DNA from: Phormidium sp.
GTDB taxonomy: Bacteria; Cyanobacteriota; Cyanobacteriia; Cyanobacteriales; Aerosakkonemataceae
Assembly: GCA_051013385.1 (NCBI GenBank)
Contig: CP143273.1
Coordinates: forward strand, 352,001 to 416,000
Reading direction: 5' to 3'
Length of the DNA: 64,000 nucleotides
Below the pieces are notes generated by a model. It worked only from the letters and a program-made list of their open reading frames with translations. It was not told the origin of the DNA and ran no database searches. A program made the translations under genes and the position numbers. This document shows, in pieces, positions 11,239-20,673 of this stretch; within the stretch, counting starts at the first letter, position 1; each line of letters begins with the position of its first letter.

Positions 11239-12525
11239 CTATATGTCATAATCTTCCCATTCATCTAATCCAGGTCTGGGCATTGGTTGAGGTCGAGGGT
11301 TCCAAGGTGCGACTATTGGTAACAGCAATAATCCGGGTAAAGCGGCGAAAATGCTAATTAGGAAAAATAAAGGCCAACCTGTTTTTGCTGCTAAAAAGCC
11401 AGAAGGAGCAACCAAAAGATCTCGACTGACAGCCATAAAACTGGTGAGCAAAGCGTATTGAGTAGCAGAAAAACGTTGGTTACAAAGACTCATTAAAAAA
11501 GCCACAAAACCTGCTGCCGCAAGTCCTCCGCAAAAGTTTTCTACATTGATACTCAACACTAAAAGCGGATAATTTTTTCCCGCTTGTGCCAGAGCAAAAT
11601 AACCGATATTACTTAAAGCTTGGAGAAAACCAAATATCCACAAAGAGCGATTAATCCCAATTTTACTGAGAATTGCGCCTCCGGTTAATGTTCCCACAAT
11701 AGTAGCGATTAAACCCATTCCACCACGAATTGCGCCGATTTCTTTTTGAGCGAAACCAGTTTTTAGTAAAAAGGGAGTGGAAAGACTGCTCAAAAATGCG
11801 TCACCCAGACTATAAAGGACAATGAATAGGAGAATTACAAAACCTAAAAGTAAGCCATGACGGTAGAAAAAATCTCCAAAAGGTAAAACGACTGCTTGTT
11901 TTAAAGATTCGGGACGATTTTGGTCTTCTGCTGGCTCTGGCGCAAAGAATGAGGCGACTACACCGACGAGCATGAGGAGGGACATTAACAGAAAAACTGA
12001 AGGCCAAGGGATGCTATCAGCGAGAATAAAAGCTAGGGAACCTGTGGCTAAAAGGGCGAGACGATAACCTAAGACGAAAACGGCTGCACCTGCACCCATT
12101 TCTAGTTTTTCTAAAACGTCGGTGCGGTAAGCGTCAGCAGCGATGTCTTGGGTAGCGCCGAAAAAGGCAATTAATACGGCGTTAATGGCGAGAAGTTGTA
12201 AAGCTTCACTGGGTTTTTGGAAGTAGAGGGCGGCGATCGCTAAAATTAAAGCAACTTGAGTTATTGCCAACCAACCACGTCTGCGCCCCAAAAATGGGGG
12301 TACATAGCGATCGAGTATCGGAGACCACAAAAACTTCAGGGAATAGGGCAAATTTACCAAAGCAAACAACCCAATTGCACCTAAATCAACTTTTTCCACA
12401 GTCATCCAAGCTTGTAGGTTGCTTCTCGGTAATAAAAAAGGCAACCCAGAAGAAAATCCCAATAACAAAAGAGCCGCCATTTTGCGACTCTGGAAAACTT
12501 TCAGAAAAGACGGAAAAGATTCCAC
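11239..12525 (-). CDS. ampG: AmpG-family muropeptide MFS transporter
   Basis: LGFSSGLP, PYSLKFLWSPILD, GRRRGWL, ATQDIAADAY, ATQYALL. Confidence 0.9.
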   Translation of the reverse strand: MESFPSFLKVFQSRKMAALLLLGFSSGLPFLLPRSNLQAWMTVEKVDLGAIGLFALVNLPYSLKFLWSPILDRYVPPFLGRRRGWLAITQVALILAIAALYFQKPSEALQLLAINAVLIAFFGATQDIAADAYRTDVLEKLEMGAGAAVFVLGYRLALLATGSLAFILADSIPWPSVFLLMSLLMLVGVVASFFAPEPAEDQNRPESLKQAVVLPFGDFFYRHGLLLGFVILLFIVLYSLGDAFLSSLSTPFLLKTGFAQKEIGAIRGGMGLIATIVGTLTGGAILSKIGINRSLWIFGFLQALSNIGYFALAQAGKNYPLLVLSINVENFCGGLAAAGFVAFLMSLCNQRFSATQYALLTSFMAVSRDLLVAPSGFLAAKTGWPLFFLISIFAALPGLLLLPIVAPWNPRPQPMPRPGLDEWEDYDI

Positions 12526-12573
12526 AACTAATTAAATAACTCCTCTAAACTTTGAGTTATCTTCGCATAAAAA

Positions 12574-12735
12574 GGGACTGGGGACTGGGGACTGGGGACT
12601 GGGAGAGTTTTGAGTTTTGAGTTTTGAGTTTTAAGTTGGAAAGTTGGAGAGTTGGATGAGTTTTAAGTTAGGTACTTTTCTTGCTCCCCTGCTCAAGAGC
12701 TCCCCTGCCCCCCTGCCCAAGAGCTCCCCTGCTCC
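12574..12735. repeat. STRR-type short tandem repeats
   Basis: (GGGGACT)n, (TTTTGAG)n, CTCCCCTG units. Confidence 0.85.
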
Positions 12736-13350
12736 CTAATAATTACGCCAAACGCCGAATAATGTTCCTTGGAGTTGAACTTCTTCTGCTGGTGCTTCGA
12801 TGGGTTGATATTTGGCGTTGGCGGGTTTGAGGATGACGCGATCGCTTTTCCGGTAAAAGCGTTTTAAAGTAGTACCATGTCCTTCGACTCTCGCCGCTAC
12901 AATTGTGCCATTCTTCACTTTGTCGGGTTCAGCAACGGGGCATAGAATTACTAAATCACCATTAGCAATATGATCTTCGATCATGCTGTCGCCCATTACC
13001 CTTAAAGCGAATGTTTTTGGTGGTAATGCGTTAGCAAGGTCGAGTTTTTCTACGCTGTCGGTGTAAGGTTCTACCATGCAACCTGCGGCGATCGCGCCTA
13101 AAATCGGTACGCTACTATTAGGCTCGGTTTCTATTTGCGATCGCAAAATTCTATAAGTCCGAGCTTTGCCATCTGACCAAGTAATATATCCTTTCTCTCG
13201 CAAATGATCTAACCGACTTTGCACGGGTGCTGGCGATTTTAAATTCATCGCTCGCATCATTTGTCTAATTGACGGGGCATAATGATGCTGGTTGATGTAT
13301 TCCACTAACCAGTCGTAGAGTTCTTGTTGAGCTTCTGTGAGGGTTTCCAT
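12736..13350 (-). CDS. lexA: LexA repressor
   Basis: PSIRQMM wHTH, IAAG cleavage site, GDSM and TLKR catalytic dyad. Confidence 0.95.
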   Translation of the reverse strand: METLTEAQQELYDWLVEYINQHHYAPSIRQMMRAMNLKSPAPVQSRLDHLREKGYITWSDGKARTYRILRSQIETEPNSSVPILGAIAAGCMVEPYTDSVEKLDLANALPPKTFALRVMGDSMIEDHIANGDLVILCPVAEPDKVKNGTIVAARVEGHGTTLKRFYRKSDRVILKPANAKYQPIEAPAEEVQLQGTLFGVWRNY

Positions 13351-13430
13351 AGTAGAATTTCGGGTAAGTGTTCTAGACAGTTTGTGATTAGTTATGAGCG
13401 ATCGATTCATCACTCAAAAATTTATCTTCT

Positions 13431-13444
13431 AGAACATTCGTACT
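13431..13444 (-). promoter_or_regulatory. Cyanobacterial LexA box
   Basis: Minus strand AGTACGAATGTTCT matches RGTAC-NNN-DGTWCB, ~80 nt upstream of lexA. Confidence 0.8.
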
Positions 13445-13637
13445 ATTAAAAACCCCTTTTTGTCCAGTATTTTATAGAAAAGGATAAAGGTTGAATAAAA
13501 AATTGCCCAGAAAATTTCAGCATTTATCCGGGAATATATCTTAGTTTTTTTGCTTTGAATAATTCAAGAGTTAGACCACAACACTAAATATGGGGTAATG
13601 GTGCGTTACGTTTGACTAACGCACCCTACGGATGGAA

Positions 13638-14558
13638 TTAATCTGCGCCGAGTAAACTAGCTAATAAAGCTTTTTGGGCGTGCATTCGATTTTCTGCTTG
13701 ATCCCAAACTCTTGACTGTGAACCTTCCATCACTTTATCTGTAATTTCTTCGCCACGATGAGCAGGTAAACAATGTAGAACAATGGCATCTTTGTCAGCC
13801 ACACTCATCAGTTGTTCGTTGACCTGATAAGGTTGAAAAATGGGAATTCTACTATTAGCAAGATCTTCTTGACCCATGCTAGCCCAAACATCTGTGTAGA
13901 TAACATTTGCGCCTTTAGTAGCAGCAATGGGATCGGTTGTGATTGTAACTTCTGTGCGATCGCCTGCGATCGCCTTAGCTTTTGCTGCTATATTTGGGTC
14001 TGGTTGGTAATCGCTTGGTGAAGCAATTCTCACATTCATTCCCACCATTGCACAACCCAACATCAGGGAATTAGCCATATTATTCCCATCGCCAACGTAA
14101 GTCAAAGTTAAACCTTCCAACTTACCAAAACATTCTTTTGCGGTTAATAAATCTGCCAAAACTTGACAAGGATGTTCCAAGTCAGTTAAAGCATTAATTA
14201 CCGGAATTTTCGCATAATCCGCAAAAGCTTGTAAATCGCCTTGGGCAAAGGTTCTAATTGCTAAGATATCTAAATAGCGATCCAAAACTCTCGCGGTGTC
14301 TTGTAATGGTTCGCCGCGACTAACTTGGGTAACATTAGGATTAAGGTCAATTACTTGTCCTCCCAGTTGGTACATCGCCACAGTAAAACTTACCCTAGTT
14401 CTAGTGGAAGCTTTAGAGAATAGTAAACCCAGAACTTTGTTACAGCGAATATTTACTTTTTTGGATTTCATTTCTGTAGCGAGATCCAAAAGTTGTAATA
14501 CTTCTTCTGGAGTTAGGTCTGCTAAGCTTAATAAATCTCTGCCTTTGAGTGTTTCCAT
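13638..14558 (-). CDS. argF: Ornithine carbamoyltransferase
   Basis: STRTR, HPCQ, GDGNN, DVWASMG, HCLP motifs. Confidence 0.96.
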   Translation of the reverse strand: METLKGRDLLSLADLTPEEVLQLLDLATEMKSKKVNIRCNKVLGLLFSKASTRTRVSFTVAMYQLGGQVIDLNPNVTQVSRGEPLQDTARVLDRYLDILAIRTFAQGDLQAFADYAKIPVINALTDLEHPCQVLADLLTAKECFGKLEGLTLTYVGDGNNMANSLMLGCAMVGMNVRIASPSDYQPDPNIAAKAKAIAGDRTEVTITTDPIAATKGANVIYTDVWASMGQEDLANSRIPIFQPYQVNEQLMSVADKDAIVLHCLPAHRGEEITDKVMEGSQSRVWDQAENRMHAQKALLASLLGAD

Positions 14559-14689
14559 GCTTTTTCCTAAATTGTTGTGAAATGCGATCGATCTCCTGAG
14601 ATTTTGTCCCAAAAAATCAGCATTTTAAAAAGCTAACAGATCTTTTCCCTTAAGCCTAGCCACATCTTTGGTATTTTCTGACATTTAAC

Positions 14690-14752
14690 GTATGTTGTTG
14701 CGCTTCAGCGCTCTTATCCCAATCGTAATAGCGCTAAAGCGCAACAACGTAC
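14690..14752. repeat. REP-like inverted pair (GTACGTTGTTGCGCT family)
   Basis: GTATGTTGTTGCGCTTCAGCGCT ... AGCGCTAAAGCGCAACAACGTAC. Confidence 0.8.
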
Positions 14753-14815
14753 ATGAGCTTAATCTGATTTATAATAACAAATAAATATTGCTTGTTTATT
14801 GAGAGCAACAAAAAA

Positions 14816-15133
14816 ATGACTCAGCTATCTAAAAATCAAACTCCGCGTCGGGGAAGAGTATTTCCCGATCGCCAATTATCTCCTGAAGAAAAAGCACGTC
14901 GCCAAGCTGAAGGTGAAAAATTTAATCAGCGTTGTCAGGTAATATTTGAAAGAGTTAAACCAGAATTAATTAAAGAACATTACGATTGGTTTATTGTGAT
15001 TGAACCAGAAAGTGGGGATTATGTAATTGATGCAGATGAAACAATTGCTCGACAAAAGGCTCGCGATAAATTTGGAAATACTTTGCGACTAATGATGAGA
15101 ATCAATGAAACTGGAGCCTGTGGCAAAATATGA
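14816..15133 (+). CDS. Hypothetical small protein (DUF5678-like), partner of the aspartyl protease
   Basis: YDWFIVIEPESGDYVI motif; ATGA overlap with the next gene. Confidence 0.65.
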   Translation: MTQLSKNQTPRRGRVFPDRQLSPEEKARRQAEGEKFNQRCQVIFERVKPELIKEHYDWFIVIEPESGDYVIDADETIARQKARDKFGNTLRLMMRINETGACGKI

Positions 15134-15495
15134 TTTCAGGTGAGTTTAATAGTCAGGGAGAGTTAATTTTTGAGATTGGGTTGATTGCTGCTGATGGCGA
15201 TATTATTACAGTCAATGCACTTCTAGATACAGGTTTCACAGGCTGGCTAGCAATTGATACTCAAGATGCTGAAAGTTTAGGTTGGATTTTTGCAAATCAG
15301 AAAGAAACAATGAAGACTGCACGCGGCAATGCACAGTTCAATCTCTATGCTGGCTTTGTGATGTTTGATGGAGAAGAATTAACAATCCCAGTATTATGTG
15401 GAAATGAACTTCCAGATATTCTTTTAGGTGTACGTTGGCTACAAACAAAGAGACTTGTGGCTGATTTTCCGGCAGGAGTTTTGACTTTGGGGTAG
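15130..15495 (+). CDS. Clan AA (retropepsin-like) aspartyl protease
   Basis: ALLDTGFTG catalytic motif and ILLGVRWL psi-loop motif. Confidence 0.85.
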   Translation: MISGEFNSQGELIFEIGLIAADGDIITVNALLDTGFTGWLAIDTQDAESLGWIFANQKETMKTARGNAQFNLYAGFVMFDGEELTIPVLCGNELPDILLGVRWLQTKRLVADFPAGVLTLG

Positions 15496-15510
15496 GTGAA
15501 AAAACGCTTC

Positions 15511-15543
15511 AAAAACCCGGTTTCTTAAAGAAACCGGGTTTTT
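15511..15543. terminator. Palindromic hairpin, probable bidirectional terminator
   Basis: AAAAACCCGGTTTCTT-A-AAGAAACCGGGTTTTT between convergent genes. Confidence 0.65.
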
Positions 15544-15662
15544 ATTGTGGTGAATAGGATCAGATAGCTGAATTATCTGTGTGAGTCAGGCATTATTAAA
15601 ATTTTAGAATCTGCCAAATATACTTTTTACGCCGTTTGATTGAAAATACCCTACTGGCTGTG

Positions 15663-16355
15663 TTACAAAAGTGCTTCTAATTTTGAAATTTCACGTTCCT
15701 TCATGTATCTCGTAGGATCAGCCAATCCTAGCCTAGCAAATACACTTTTACGCTTTTGACACCGTTCGCACTCACCGCAATGATACAGATTACCCCAAGT
15801 ACAACTCCAACTTTCAGATAAATTGATGCCTTCATCAAGTCCTAGTTGCAAAACATCATCATCTTCCATTTCAATGAAAGGTGCTTTAACAGAGATTTGA
15901 ATCCCTGTATTCAGTCTTATAACTGTTTCTACTGTTGATACAAGAAGGGGAAGATTCGGTACACGGGAGATGTCCGACTTAGTACCACCATAATACACAT
16001 ATTCATATTTATGGTAAGCAGCGTGTATACCGCACATAGTTTGAATCATGCAAGAGCCACGAGGAATACGTTCATCTAAACCACCTTCTGTAACAGTTTC
16101 ATAGGGTGGCTCACTGTAGGCAATCAGCAAGTTTCTCAGATTAGGTATATCGATATATTCAAGAGGGACTCCCAATTCATTACAAACTTTTTTAGCATAA
16201 GATAACTGCCGTTCGGCACTGTACTGGCCTACATTAATAAATATTGCTCCCAGCCGTGAGGTTAATCTTTTCTTAAGAGCATGAAGCATGATCATTGACT
16301 CCATGCCTGCTGAGAGCATTACTAATGTGTCTTTGTCTTCTACAATAAACTTCAT
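15663..16355 (-). CDS. Divergent QueC-like PP-loop protein
   Basis: LSAGMES at the PP-loop position, INVGQ, SWSC...HCGECERC..RK Zn motif, ADPTRY C-terminus. Confidence 0.8.
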   Translation of the reverse strand: MKFIVEDKDTLVMLSAGMESMIMLHALKKRLTSRLGAIFINVGQYSAERQLSYAKKVCNELGVPLEYIDIPNLRNLLIAYSEPPYETVTEGGLDERIPRGSCMIQTMCGIHAAYHKYEYVYYGGTKSDISRVPNLPLLVSTVETVIRLNTGIQISVKAPFIEMEDDDVLQLGLDEGINLSESWSCTWGNLYHCGECERCQKRKSVFARLGLADPTRYMKEREISKLEALL

Positions 16356-16486
16356 ACTTCTTTTTCCTCTTAATATGTTTTTGGATAGCAATAGCATAAG
16401 CTAGTCATGTATAACCATGAACTAATAAAGATTAGCTAATGTGTTAGAATTAGGTTAGGAAAATTTTTTATAAAGAATCTTCAGCA

Positions 16487-16972
16487 ATGCCATCTACTGA
16501 GTTATTCACCGAAGCGGCAAATGAGTGGGACTTAGAAACTCTTTATACAGACCTCGCATCTGCCAAGGGGAAGCGCCTGACACCAGTAGAAAAGTTACAC
16601 CTACGGGGATTGCTTTGTGGTTATAGTCCTGCTGAATTAGCTGAAAAGCTGAATAAGAGCGCCAAAGGAATTGGTGTTGACCTCTGTAACACCTTATATC
16701 ATTACGTTAAGAACCTTGTAGGTAAAGGCGATGAAAAGATAGAAAATTGGAGAAATATAGCAGAATGGCTGGAGGAAGCAGGATATAAATCTCAGTCATC
16801 TGCTGAATATGAAACAAGTGATTGTTTGCCATTAGAATTTTTAATAAAAAGAGCGAATATAACAATTGATAAACATAAAGTAATCGTTGATATTAACTTG
16901 CGAATAGTAGCTTCCTCACCTTTAGAAAATCCTCCAAGAATAGATGAAATAGATACTAACGGCAAGGTTTAA
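16487..16972 (+). CDS. Helix-turn-helix domain protein
   Basis: KRLTPVEKLHLRGLLCGYSPAELAEKL HTH-type N-terminus; divergent from the QueC-like gene. Confidence 0.7.
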   Translation: MPSTELFTEAANEWDLETLYTDLASAKGKRLTPVEKLHLRGLLCGYSPAELAEKLNKSAKGIGVDLCNTLYHYVKNLVGKGDEKIENWRNIAEWLEEAGYKSQSSAEYETSDCLPLEFLIKRANITIDKHKVIVDINLRIVASSPLENPPRIDEIDTNGKV

Positions 16973-16994
16973 AGTTTAAGAAAAATTACTGCAT

Positions 16995-17423
16995 TCAAGT
17001 TTCACCCAAAAACCCAAACACATATTTTTGGGCGACTTTCCAATAACGGGAAAAACGTTTCAAATCCATATAACCGTCATAATCTAAAAAAGGATCGATC
17101 GCCACCACCAACAATCCAACCTCTTTCTCAATTTCCCCACAAATCTCTTTAAATCTTGGACTAGGACTTTCCGCCGTCACCACAGTATCAGCATCATGTT
17201 CTTTGGCAAAAGCTAATACCTCATTTGCCACATCACCGCGACGAATCACCACAGGTAACTCTAACAAACATTCATAAATAAAAGTAATTCGTTTTAGACT
17301 AATTTGCCATTCTTTTAGTAACTCTTCATCCCAAACCCAAATCGCAGGCGCATCAGGATATTGCAGCAAAGCAGGATTTTTCGGACTCAAACAATCACCA
17401 TGTATCCAAATAATTTTAGTCAT
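16995..17423 (-). CDS. Photolyase antenna-like (alpha/beta) domain, stand-alone
   Basis: IIWIHGDCL, AIWVWDE, KRITFIYECL, LKRFSRYWK. Confidence 0.75.
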   Translation of the reverse strand: MTKIIWIHGDCLSPKNPALLQYPDAPAIWVWDEELLKEWQISLKRITFIYECLLELPVVIRRGDVANEVLAFAKEHDADTVVTAESPSPRFKEICGEIEKEVGLLVVAIDPFLDYDGYMDLKRFSRYWKVAQKYVFGFLGET

Positions 17424-17546
17424 TTGTCATTTGTCATTTGTTATTTGTCATTTGTCATTGGTGAGCATCCACAGTAAAAATAACTTCTGCAAAAACAGAT
17501 AACCTAGATATACCATCTGTGGACATCTGTGGTTAAAAAAAAACTT

Positions 17547-18401
17547 TCAACCTCGCCGTTTTCCCTTTTGCCAACTTTGACTTCCGCTGCGATTTTCCAA
17601 AGGTGCAGCTTTAGGAAACAAACGCTTTTCCAAATCCTCATAACTTCCTTCAAAATCACATTTACCATACAAAGGACATTGACGACAATAAACGCCTTCT
17701 GTATAACGTTCTAAATTTTCCCGATTAAAAAAGTATGGCTTATGACTAAAAGTACTAGCAATCCATTGCCAAGAAAGATTATTACTAGCGGGATCACCAT
17801 CTAATAAATGTGATAGAAACCATTTTGCGCCAACTTGCCAACGTACCCTTCGCCAATGCACAATATAAGCTGCCATCCACATTCTGGCATGGTTGTGTAA
17901 ATAGCCGTGCGATCGCAAATCCGAGCTAATATTATCGATACAAACTAAACCTGTACTTCCCGAAATAATATCTTCTGGAAGATTATCTGCATAATCTTTC
18001 ACACTGTAACCAGTTTTGTATGGTTCTTGATCCTGCCAAATTTTATCTCCTAATTGGGCGTATAATCTTTGCCAATAGTCTCGCCAACCCAACTCGTTAA
18101 TTAATTTAGTAGCATCATCTTGATTTTTCACTTTCCCTAAAACAGTATCACGCACTTCTGCTAAACTAATTACGCCATAGCGAATATAAGGCGAAAGCTT
18201 GGTGATTGCACCAGTTAGGAAATTGCGCGATTTAGCGTAACTTACTGGGTCAATTTTTTGCAGCATTTTTTGGGCTGCTTTCCTTCCACCCAATGTTTCG
18301 CTAATATGTTCATCTTCTGTTGCTGCATCGGGAAATTGCTCTGTCAGGTAAGTAACTAATTCATCGCGGTTACTAAATTCGCGTTGCATATCTTTAGTCA
18401 T
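17547..18401 (-). CDS. Photolyase/cryptochrome FAD-binding domain, stand-alone
   Basis: LSPYIRYG, ELGWRDYW, GYLHNHARMW, LLDGDPASNNLSWQW. Confidence 0.88.
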   Translation of the reverse strand: MTKDMQREFSNRDELVTYLTEQFPDAATEDEHISETLGGRKAAQKMLQKIDPVSYAKSRNFLTGAITKLSPYIRYGVISLAEVRDTVLGKVKNQDDATKLINELGWRDYWQRLYAQLGDKIWQDQEPYKTGYSVKDYADNLPEDIISGSTGLVCIDNISSDLRSHGYLHNHARMWMAAYIVHWRRVRWQVGAKWFLSHLLDGDPASNNLSWQWIASTFSHKPYFFNRENLERYTEGVYCRQCPLYGKCDFEGSYEDLEKRLFPKAAPLENRSGSQSWQKGKRRG

Positions 18402-18506
18402 TTTGCATCTATTTCCCGTTTTTTCCACTGTTTTTAGGGTAACTGATATCTGAGCGAACCACAAAATTTACTAAACTGCTTTTATTCATCTTTTAGGAGT
18501 GAGAAT

Positions 18507-19571
18507 ATGCGTTTGCTTCCCCAAATTCCTTTAGCAATAAGTTTCAGCAAGCAGAAAAATTGGTCTTTATTCAGTGTATTTTTGTTGATTTTGACAGTAG
18601 TTCCGGTAAAAATCTATCCGCAGATAGAAGCGCAGGGATTTAGTAATAGTGTGATTGCTCAAGAAACTCCCACAACAAATTTTACCTTGGCAACAACTGT
18701 TTCTCGGCATTCAGGCGGAGTTAAGGGTATTGCGATTAGTCCTGATGGTGAAACTTTAGTTACAGGTAGTAGCGATCGAACTATTAAAGTTTGGAATTTG
18801 GCAAATGGAGAATTACAAAGAACTCTTTCTGGACATACAGCGCCAGTTTTAGCGGTAGCGATTAGTAAAGATGGTACAAGTTTAGTGAGTGGAAGTAGCG
18901 ATCGCACTATCAGAATTTGGGATTTAAAAAGCGGAAGATTGCGAAGAACAATTTCTGGTCATTCCGGCGGCATTTATTCAGTAGCGATTAGTCCAGATGG
19001 CAGAACTTTAGTCAGCGGTAGTGGCGACGGAACAATGAGAATTTGGAATGCGAGAACTGGTAATTTACAACGAACTTTGCGTCCTAATGCTGGGATGATT
19101 TTATCAGTTGCGATTAGTCCTGATGGAAAAACGATCGCCAGTGGTAATCAAGATTTAACCGTAAAACTTTGGGATATTAGCAACGGAAAATTGCTGCGAA
19201 ATCTCACCGGACACAGTAATTATGCAGTTTGGTCAGTTGCTTTTAGTCCCGATGGTAAAAGATTAGCTAGTAGTTCCCATGACGGCGCAATTAAAATTTG
19301 GAATACCGAAAATGGCGAATTACTAAACACTTTTAAAGATGAAAGTCCGGTTTTTTCTGTAACTTTTAGTCCTGATGGAAACACTCTTGCTAGCGGCGAT
19401 CAAGCTAGTCAAGTCAAAATTTGGGATCTTAGCAACGGAAATGTTTTACAAAGTCTTGCTGGACACGCCGACAAAGTAGAATCAGTAGCTTTCAGTCCTG
19501 ATGGCAAAACCCTCGTTACAGGAGGTAGCGGCGCTAAAGATACAAGTATTAGAATTTGGCGTTTACAGTAA
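18507..19571 (+). CDS. WD40 repeat protein (7-blade), probably exported
   Basis: Seven GH...SPDG..L.SGS.D..I.IW repeats after a hydrophobic N-terminus. Confidence 0.92.
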   Translation: MRLLPQIPLAISFSKQKNWSLFSVFLLILTVVPVKIYPQIEAQGFSNSVIAQETPTTNFTLATTVSRHSGGVKGIAISPDGETLVTGSSDRTIKVWNLANGELQRTLSGHTAPVLAVAISKDGTSLVSGSSDRTIRIWDLKSGRLRRTISGHSGGIYSVAISPDGRTLVSGSGDGTMRIWNARTGNLQRTLRPNAGMILSVAISPDGKTIASGNQDLTVKLWDISNGKLLRNLTGHSNYAVWSVAFSPDGKRLASSSHDGAIKIWNTENGELLNTFKDESPVFSVTFSPDGNTLASGDQASQVKIWDLSNGNVLQSLAGHADKVESVAFSPDGKTLVTGGSGAKDTSIRIWRLQ

Positions 19572-19580
19572 TAGAAATGA

Positions 19581-19620
19581 GTACGTTGTTGCGCTTTAGC
19601 GCTAAAGCGCAACAACGTAC
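19581..19620. repeat. REP-like perfect 40-bp palindrome
   Basis: GTACGTTGTTGCGCTTTAGCGCTAAAGCGCAACAACGTAC between convergent genes. Confidence 0.9.
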
Positions 19621-19632
19621 CTAAATGCCTTT

Positions 19633-20337
19633 CTACAGCTTTTTATTACCAAAAACTTGGGCTTTATAATCATCAATGATTTGCCAGAGTTCTTGGCGAG
19701 AACCAGCATTGAGTAAGTAACGGTAAACAAACCAACCTGAGTAGATAATACCAATTAGCTGAAAGAAAGGTTGAAAAAAGGGAATTTCATTAAAAGTATC
19801 CAGTAAGCCTGAGATCACTTTCAGAGCAATTATACTAGCTATAATTGCACCAACAACTGTTAAAGGTCGTTGATAATCTCTGAAGAAATTACCCACAGAA
19901 TCAGGTAAGCGATCGAGTATTTCTGAGATTTGTTCACCGAATTGTTGCCACTGAGATTGGGTAGTGGTGGTAAAATCCGGTTCCCCAGGTTCACCTGATA
20001 CCTTAATTTCTACCTTGGGTAGTTGCACTTCTACTGGGGGGGTGGTTTCGACTTTGGGAGTTTGCATTGTTGGTGAGGTTGTAGGTGGTGTGGGTGGTGT
20101 AGGAGGTGTCATCTCTGCTTTTAGAGTTAAATTTTCCGTAGTTGTGGACGGTGGAGGAGATGTCATCTCTGCTTTTAGAGTTAAATTTTCCGTAGTTGTG
20201 GACGGTGGGGGAGATGTCACTTCGGTTTTAACCTGTACATCTTCAGGTGGTGGAGGTGCGACTTTCTCCTCTTTTTTCTTAATCGGTTCTATTTCTGGAG
20301 GAGTTGGTGTAGTTGGATTTTCAGCTTGAGGTTCCAT
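19633..20337 (-). CDS. CAAD/CurT-like membrane protein with Pro/Thr-rich N-terminus
   Basis: C-terminal NEIPFFQPFFQLIGIIYSGWFVYRYLL...RQEL CAAD motif; 54-nt tandem duplication at 20107-20214. Confidence 0.85.
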   Translation of the reverse strand: MEPQAENPTTPTPPEIEPIKKKEEKVAPPPPEDVQVKTEVTSPPPSTTTENLTLKAEMTSPPPSTTTENLTLKAEMTPPTPPTPPTTSPTMQTPKVETTPPVEVQLPKVEIKVSGEPGEPDFTTTTQSQWQQFGEQISEILDRLPDSVGNFFRDYQRPLTVVGAIIASIIALKVISGLLDTFNEIPFFQPFFQLIGIIYSGWFVYRYLLNAGSRQELWQIIDDYKAQVFGNKKL

Positions 20338-20673
20338 TTTGATTTTTCGAGAACTACAATTGAAACGAATGCTTACGAAACAAGACTATCAGGATTAAGC
20401 GATCGTACTAAAGGACTTAGACATAATTGATAAGATTATTTTAATTTGTAAGATTTGTGTAACTATCTGTAGCTGTATACCCCCTCTCTCGTAAGCTACA
20501 TTTATTGACTAATAACTTAAAGTTCCTGGTTACTGGCGTGGTGATAGTTTGGATTTGGTAGAAGGTAGTGGGTAGTAGGATGGAGACTACCCATTACCCA
20601 CTACCCAGTATCAGCCTCGATCGTATAACTAGCAACTTAAGTTAATATTTTGCTGTGTTTTGAATCAATAAGT

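Noticed and set aside
15663..16355. Complete Qat, type IV CBASS or dpd/queuosine cluster
   Set aside because: No partner genes (NTPase, TatD, CD-NTase, TGT, QueD/E) are adjacent.
19964..20329. Gly/Val-rich ORF and the other short ORFs nested in long genes
   Set aside because: Antisense or off-frame shadows of well-supported CDSs, with no independent motifs.
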